Assembly (NCBI GenBank): GCA_020137815.1 | Contig: CM035358.1 | Location: forward strand, 1,178,001 to 1,242,000 | Direction: 5' to 3' | Origin: Hormiphora californensis | Lineage: Eukaryota; Animalia; Ctenophora | DNA: 64,000 bases | Shown: positions 39,901 through 48,900 of the stretch, in pieces | Position numbering within the stretch: the first letter of the stretch is position 1 | Layout: the number at the start of each line of letters is the position of its first letter | Program-made: the position numbers and the translations under genes | Notes under the pieces: generated by a model | The model's database searches: none | The model's input: only the letters and a program-made list of their open reading frames with translations | What the model was told of the DNA's origin: nothing

Positions 39901-42900
39901 ATGAATTAGGACACCACACTTCTTATCTGCCTTGGTAATGAAATTCCCCCTCTGCGCTAGCTCACGGAGGGGTAATAATATCGCTTGTACGGCGGAAAAA
40001 AAATTCCTGTGTCCAAACTACAAAACAGAAAGTTCTAATTTTTTGAACATACCGAGGAAATTGTCTGAGCTACCATTACATACCGGAATTTTTCGATATT
40101 TTGGCCATTAACACTGTTTTTGTTTTTGGAAAACTATGAAGATGCTGGAATTTGGCTACAAAAACCTTCAGAAATGTGCAAAATGCCATTCCAAAGGTAT
40201 TAGAGGTGGATTCATTGATAACTAAGCTATAGTCGAGTCAGAAAAAATTCCACAAGATTGGAATTTTATGCCCATATAAGGAGTTATGCGACACACCTCT
40301 GTTGTTAAACATGTGGTGTAATCGCTACCGGTCGTTACTTTCTGTAGAATTCAGGTCCTGGTTACTATACAAACTAGTACCATACGTTTTAGATAGGTTT
40401 TAGACAAGTTTTCGATAACTTTTTATGAGAAGGTCCCGTAAATTTTCATTTTTAGGTAGGCGGTATTGTCACCCCTATATGCAATAATAGGGGTGACTTC
40501 GTAACCAATTATCTGCCCCAGTTTTTATAAGAGGACTTTTACTACAATAATCCCCTTATTTCATGTTATGTAACCCCTCCCTTCTTCTTATTTCATGTTA
40601 TGTAACCCCTCCCTTCTTCTTCATTCCTCCATGCTGTATATCTATCCTCCCTCCCCTCAGTTCCTGTGAGAGGTGTGCTGAAGGATACACCCGGGAGGAT
40701 CCCTCTCTAGGCCGTCTCAGTCAGTGTGTGCCGTGTAACTGTGAGGGGTACAGTGACATCTGTAACCCTGATACGGGGCTGTGTGAGGACTGCAAGTACA
40801 ACACTGCAGGACATAACTGTGAGGTAATTAGGGGGATTTAATTAGCGAGTAATTAGCGAGATATTAGTTATAGTGCTGCTGTCAAAATCTAAAACTATGC
40901 TATGCTAAATCTTCCTCCACAACCCCACTCAAACCCCTTCCCCACCAGGTATGTAAGGAGGGCTATTATGGGACTCCTGGGTACGGTAACCCACGAGCCT
41001 GTAGACAGTGTATGTGCCCTGAGGCTGACAGGAGTTTCTCCAATACTTGTGAGATACAGGATGGGAGGATGGTGTGTACCAACTGTACCGAGGGGCATAC
41101 TGGTGAGTGGGGGAGTGTGTTTGTGTTTCACTGGGAGTGTTTTTGGAGGAGTGTTGTAGGGGTGTTTAGTGTGTTTGGAGGCATACTGGTGAGTCAGTGA
41201 GTGTAATTGGGGAAGTGTTTAGGGTGTGTTTGGGGGTGTACTTGTTTTACATCTTCTTTCAATTATTTTTCAAACCACTACTATCTCAGGTGACCGATGT
41301 GACGTGTGTGCGGACGGGTATTTCGGAGAGCCAGGACACTCCAATCCCAACCAGAAGTGTACCGCTTGTACCTGTAATGGAAATATCGGTAAGCAACACA
41401 CAGTTGAAACTGTACCTTACAGAAGCTTTCTATGATTATTTCACTAATTTCATTCTTAGTTTGTTCCTCTTTTCTTTCTCCGTCGCTCCCCAAGAATACC
41501 AATCCCCCCCCCATTTCCCCATCCTTCCCCGATATCACATCTCCTTCCCCTTCCTCTCCCAACAACTCGCCCTTCCCCTTCCTCTCCCAACAACTCACCC
41601 CTTCCCCAGATCCCATGGTGACAGACAACTGCAACACGGTTACTGGCCAGTGCCTCAAATGTATAGGAAACACAGCTGGACGGCAGTGTGAGGAGTGTGC
41701 CAGGGGCTTCTTTGGTGATGCCATCACCGCTAAAAACTGTGCAAGTATGTCATAAACTTCATAAAATTGTGATAAACTTCTCAGCCGTTCCATTGAATGT
41801 CGAATGTTGGTCCTAAAATGACATTGTCCTACTCTTTGTTTTGTCCCCTGTGTCCTACTAACTAGTGGACACGGAAAAGGGTGGCAAATGTTATTCTGAG
41901 ATAGAAACCCCACCCATGCATATACCGGGCTGTGTGTGTAAGTGTGTCACCGCGGGACCGCCAAATTACATACCTCTGCAGCTGTAATTGTCCTAACTTG
42001 ATTTTTGCACAGCTTTGCTGCTTCTTCCCCTGGTGCCCATATTTGGAATAATCAGGTTTGGTGAACTGACTTTTTGTAACGCGCCGCCGACATGCGCTTT
42101 GGAACAAGTGAAAATGCAGGTTTCAGCAGTAGGACCGCGCGTGAAGGAGCTAGATGTGTGTAACCGCGCGAAAATCTTGACTATTTTGGCAGTTATTTTG
42201 AACATTTCAGGACTAACTTAGATTAACTAACGGTTACCAATTCTTTCAGAGTGTGTATGTAATGGTGATGGTAGCTACAATCCCTATCTGTGTGATGCCG
42301 AATCGGGACAATGTGACTGCAAACCTCACGTTGAGGGAACTCAATGTGACAGGTAAAGATATTTACAAGAAAGCTCCCCTAGTGTTGGGAAATGGGATAT
42401 TTTACCGCCCTATTCCTTACTGTTTCCCTGACAAATCACCCCACCTCTGTCCTCCCTCACCACCAGATTTTACCATACAATTAAACCCCTAATAACAATA
42501 TAATCTCCCACCTCACAGATCTATTTTCCTAGCCATTACCCCCCCTCACCCCCATATTACACCTATCGAACTATCTCCTCTAGAATTATGGCCCTATTCA
42601 TTCAACCCCCCCCCTTACCTCCAGATGTAAAGAAGGCTACTACAACCTAGACTCAGGAATTGGCTGTCTGTCATGTAATTGTGATCCTCTTGGTGCTCTC
42701 TCACCCCAATGTGGCGAGGATGGGACATGCGAGTGTAGACCTGGTTACTTTGGGTTGACGTGCAGTGAGTGCAGTGTTAACCACTATTATAGCGCTGAGG
42801 AGGGGTGTGTGCCTTGTAATTGTGATAAAGACGTGAGTTACATTTTATTGACACATTTCGCGTATTCCCTCTTTTAATAATTTCAGTATTATCTCCCCCC

Positions 42901-45900
42901 GTCCCCCCCCCCCCCGGCCGCCCTCCCCTCACCATTATACTATTCCCTATTCTACCCCTATTATATCTCAGACTATATCTCACTTTTCAGGGTTCAGAGT
43001 CGCTGCAGTGTGACGGTGATGGTCAGTGCCCCTGTAAGGGGACTGTTCAGGGACGGCAGTGTGACATGTGCCCTCGAAATATGGTCAATATTACTGCTGG
43101 ATGTGTCAGTAAGTTTAAAAAGGGTTTTAAAAAACAGCATAACTTACTAAGTTATCCTGCTTTTTTAAAACCCACTTTCCTGTCTTGTTCGGGCTTTCCA
43201 GCATTTTCCTGGTCCAAAACCCTTTCACCTCAGTCTTCTCCATTACCTTTCTTTGTCTTCTTCCTCAATTCCTCATATTGTCCCCTCCCCATTGTCATAC
43301 TGCATGACTGTTACATACTGCATGACTGTTACAGAACGTGTTACAGTAACAGATCACGTTCTGCCTTGTTCCGAGAGTGCAGTCTTTTGTGAGACAACAT
43401 CCCCATCATTCTGTCTATCCCATCCCCTCAGATTGTCCGGATTGTTACTCTCTGGTTGAGAGGGAGGTAGATGCCCTGAGAGAACAACTCAAAGAACTGA
43501 GGGATGTAATGGCCAACACAGACGGCTCTACCATTGAGGTACAATTGTGTACATTACCTACTGAGAGGATGATACTGATCACTAACTTTATTGCCCCTTC
43601 CTTAGTATCAATCTCCCTGAAAATGATCCATCCCCCTTGTCTTCAGCCTAGTCCGGATTTCAAGGCCAAGATTCAGGAAGTCCAAGAAGTGGTACAGGCA
43701 GCGTTTGACAAGGCAACTGAGAGTGCAGCAATGGCTGGGCAGCTTGAGGTTGCTAAGAAGAAGATAGAGGATCTTATCAAGGAGCTGGTGAGACATTGAT
43801 CACTGCAGGGTGTATGTTGAGCTATTGACACATTTTCCTCTTGTAAAAGTAACTGGAACCAAAGGCGACCTCCCAAATGTCAAATTGCTCTCGGGTACGC
43901 CCTTTTACCTCTTACCACAATTCTTTGCTAATTCTCTAACCCGACCAGACGAATGACAACAAAGAGAGTGGGGCAGTAATGGCAGATATTGGGAGGACGG
44001 TTGCCAGTACAGAGGACAAGTTGGCTGATGCATCTGACACCATTGACTATGTGAGTTGTATCTTTACTACTCCTCTGTATCAAGATCCATTCCCACTCTC
44101 TATAAAATTTAGATGTGAATCCTCAGGATACACCCTTCTAAAACCAACACCCCCCCAGATTTCTGGCCAGCTGGAGGAGGGAGTTAAGATGTTACTAGAA
44201 GAGGGAGCAGCTGCTCTGGAGAGAGCGGAGGAGAACATGAACACGCTGTCAGAGGAAAACAAGGAGATGCAACGAAAAGCCCAGCAAGCCATGGCCATTG
44301 CTCAGAGGCAGCAAGAGGAATCAAGGGATGCCGTAGAGAAGGCAGACCAGGCTTTACAGTTGGCAGAGAGTGCACTTGACAATGCTAAAACTGCCCGGAC
44401 TACACTACGTGACACCAAGGTAACAAATAACTGCCTGACAATTCACATCCCACACCTCGCCCTTGTTCGACCCTGTCTCACCGCGCCCGCTCTGATTTCA
44501 ATCCCTTCAAAATACACATTCGAAGGCAATGTACCCCATTATATCTTATACTATTTTCCAAATATATATCTCCATATCTCTACACCAGGTAAAGCTGGAC
44601 ACCCTAGTGGATGAAGTTGGAGAGATTAGAGAGGAGTATGAGCTTGCTAAGAGTGCCGCTGATAACTACATCGGGGAAGCGGAGGCTACACTAGCCCAGG
44701 CCAAATCATTATCTGATCAAGTGAGTATGGTTTAGTGTGGTTTAGTTATTGCTAACTCATTATCTGATCGAGTGATTGTGGTTTAATGTGGTTTAGTTAT
44801 TGCTAACTCATTATCTGACCAAGTGAATGAGTAGTAAATATGAGGAATGTTACATCTTGCTAGCTTCTGCAATCTGCAAGGTTAATACCCCCTCGCTTTC
44901 TAAAATTGAACTACCTCCATCCCTCTCCAGGCATGTAACGCGGGACCAGATATAGATCTCTCGGGGCTAAAGGAGAGTCTGAGGAACCTTGACAGAAAAG
45001 CAAGCAAGGCCTTATCGGACGCTCAACAACTAAAGAACAGCGCCGACTTGGTAAACTCAGTTTTTATCTTTAAATTGTCATGCGTGTACTGTGTAGCATT
45101 TAGATAGAAACGACTCAAGAGAGACCAAAAATCGTGAAATATCTGATTTGGGGTTTGGACTTTGGTAGCTCATACCCAAGTTATCAACTTCACCTTTAGA
45201 TTCTCGATGAAGCTGATGAGACGATAGGACAAGCAGAACAGCTCCTAACTGACTCTGAGAGTACAGGCACCCAGATGTCTCAGCTGAAGAAGGCAGCTAA
45301 ACTAGCCCTCAGGGAGTCCGAGGCTGCTGTTGAGGAATGTACGGATCTCATTGAAGGTAAGAAACGGAATCCAAGATAAGTAGGCACTATAGCATGCACA
45401 GGAGCCACTATTTCAAATTCTGTTTTGTAGAAGGTAAGAAACGGGAAAGGCTTTAACACTCACAGGAGTCTGAACTAGTTTATCTGTTCACTGTATTTGG
45501 GACCGTTTCATAAGCACTTTTCTCCAATCTCTCGACTTAAACCAGGCACTTCCCCCTTTTTTATAAGCAGTTAAGACTAAAGACGAAAATTCAGAATTTA
45601 AAGACTATATCTCATCACCATGGCTATGGCAGCTTCACATTTCAAGTTAAATCAAGTGACTCATAAAGACAGCACCCAATGTCACCCAAAACAATAACAG
45701 CTAACACCAGAATTATATTCTGATCCTGCCTCCCCTCCTCTTTGATCCGGGGGTATCGGAGGGAGCTGTACCGGCAGAGAAATGTCCTGAGCTGAACTGC
45801 AAGGGTGCCAATATCGTACTGCCGCTTAACTAAATTGGTGGGGTTGGTAGTATGAGAAGGAATGGTGGGAATTAGTGGTTCAGAGTTCTGATTTATGACG

Positions 45901-48900
45901 TCATAATTACCAGTGACGTATTCACCAGTATTCTGCTCCTCATTATGAGATGCTGTTTCCATGGTTACTAGTTCAACACTTCTTCGGTTCTGTCTATTCC
46001 CACTAGTATCCTCGAACTCATGAGACAACCTCTGTCTCGGACACCCCTCCCTACACCACCATGCCCCCTCAGCACGTGCTTGTATCAGCTCAGTGATTGC
46101 ACGTGCACGATCCTCCCCCAGCGTTGGTATCTCCCTGTACAGCAGCTCCTGTAAAAATGGCCGCATTGCTGGGCAACATAATACCGCTCTGAGAGATCGA
46201 TATAGGGCCGGTGTAATACACTTCACTAGACTGTCCCTGTTTTGTTGGTCCATACCGGAGAATACTGTTACAATATTGCGGAGGTGCACTTCAGTGCGAG
46301 AGGGCCTCTCACAGAAAATGTCATAAGCAGGGAGAATGGCTAGCTGGAGTTTGGGGCTGTCTAAGTTATACAGTGGCCAATCTACTGCACCTGGAAATAG
46401 AGTTTTATAAGGTATACATTCCAACCTTCCCTGAAGACTTAAAAAGTATATCAGTCGCACCCGAGCATTCCGGTAAATCGGGGTCCGACTGTAAAATATG
46501 TTACCTGTACAGAGGTATGCAGTCATGATGTTGAATGTCGCTTCCACATCCACAGCACTTTTCTTACCCACCACCACCGATACAAGCAAGGAAACAAGAA
46601 GCAGCATCTAAAGGTAACAATTATGTGGTAACAATTATACACGAAGGAAAAACTACCGTTTAGTATAGCAATTTTACTACAATTTTAGCTGAAGTTTGTT
46701 ATGTACTAAACAGAAAGAGCACTCCAAATGGTAACTGATATTAGGTCAAAGAGAGTCAAGATGAGGTAACTGATACTTCTAAACACAAAATGGTTTTGTG
46801 ATAGGTTCAAACGACAGAAAAGGGTTCACGATGTGCAACAGGTGTTTTTCTCAACGTTATAAACATCTCGGAAATAGAGGTGAGACCCTTCTTCGCTGCA
46901 ATGGTGTCACTTTAACTGATACTAACGATCTAGGATCAGGGGGAGGAGGATGGGGGAAAAAGCAGGATGGGGGAAAGAAAATGTGTTCAGAAACACAGTG
47001 GATCAGTCATTAGAAACCCTTACCTGATCATCAATCATGACTTCGTGTCAAATGGGTATCTTAGTTATAATACTGAATGTTAAAATTAAATTAATTATAT
47101 GAATCCATGCGGCATGCAATGAATTGCAAAATAGCCAATCAGTAATCATGCAGGCTAACTTGTGATACATATAAGCGTGGATGCAGGCTCTTTCTCGCAC
47201 TGAACGAAACTTCAGCGTAAGGCCCTGCATCTCCCCATCTACTTGTAGTACAAGTTGTACAAAATGGCTGCTAATTAATTAATTAATTAATTAGTGTCTG
47301 TTACCTGGCTCGATAACTTCATCATCAACATCATCATCATCAAATTCAACAACTCTGTAGCTCACAGATGCACTATCCCCTGAAGTGAATATAAAGCTCT
47401 CCAACACATCGCCACCCCAGTACTCCGTACATTCCTGTTCATCTTCAAAACTCATCGCTAGCAGATCCACTTCATTGACACTTATCATGAGGTTGGTGGA
47501 GTTCTTGGCAATTGTCCAGGTTTTGTTGACTTCATCAGGAGGGTCTGCCTCCAAGGGGAACAATGAAACATAATGAAACTCTCCCGAACAATGCTCTACT
47601 GTGTACTTTTCAACATTTTTGAACTGGATTTTTATCCGACCAATCGGCAAACCAGAGCTGTTTTTCAGCTTTATTATGATCTGTGGGAAGGTTTAAATAT
47701 TTAGATCGGTGGTTTACACAATTATTATTACACTATCATACTAGTTTATTAGTGCCAGCTGGTAGCCCCTATGGCCTAGAGGGAGGAGATATTCGCGACC
47801 ATGGGGCCTGGCAGCATGGTACCATCTTGGTTACTAAGTCGCCCCTATTATCCGTGAGCTTGTGCGGAGGGGTAATTTCATTACCAAGGTACCATGATCA
47901 TGTGGTCCAATCATATATGTAGTATACCTTGTCCTCAGAGCTCCTTTCGGAAGTTGTCTTTATTTGCAGGTATTGAGTTGTCTCATTGAACGTAATATTT
48001 TCATTTTTAACCACATCCAGCCAAACAGAACCTGTGATATGAACAATTATTGGGGTCATGCTCCTTGCAGAGAATCGGGACTTGCAATGTTGATGAACCA
48101 GGCAATTATGAATATTCAAACAAAATAAGTCGTAATTGAATCCCCCTACCACTAATAAAACGAACCTTGTGACGCTGACAGGAGTGTAGTAGAGAGTAGG
48201 ACCAATAGCAAGTTGCTGTTATACATTCTGTATTATGAGAAAATTAAATGGTGGAATTATATCTGACATCTGTTATTGAGAAAGGATGCATGTACAAATT
48301 ACAAGCGAGTTGCCATTTGCTAACCCTTAACTTGTCTAGCAATTCAACTAAAGAGCCAGGGAGATCAAATAATAAGCATAGTTTTGTAGTAAGACTATAA
48401 GAGGTGGTCGCTAATCTCTCTTGGCTCCTCTGCAGTGGTTAATGAATAATGAACGACATAAAATTGACAAAAGCATCGCCATTTTGCTCTACCACAACTA
48501 ACTAAACGCATCAACGATTAGAGGACTAAATGATCTAGCTAGGCCTAGTGCTCTACTACTATAATAGTTCCACTGGCAGTTCTAGATATAATTACATGGA
48601 CAAAGGGGAGGCCCCTTTCCTCCATTGTCGAACAAGTTCTTTTATTTAGAAGCACTATGCCCTTGGCTAGAGTCAATTGTGTATCAAAGGATGAGTCCTG
48701 GTGGAAGTGGAACAAAACAAAGCCTGCCACAACTAGACATATTTACCTTCTAGTCTATATCAGTTTATTCCTCCCAATATCTCTCTCTTTGAAATGGCAA
48801 AGTATGATCTATTAAAAGCTTAACTTTACTCCTTTGAAGCACATGTTCAACAGTAATGGGTCACTTTTAAACTTTTAAACTCCTCCCGATATAAGAGCAG

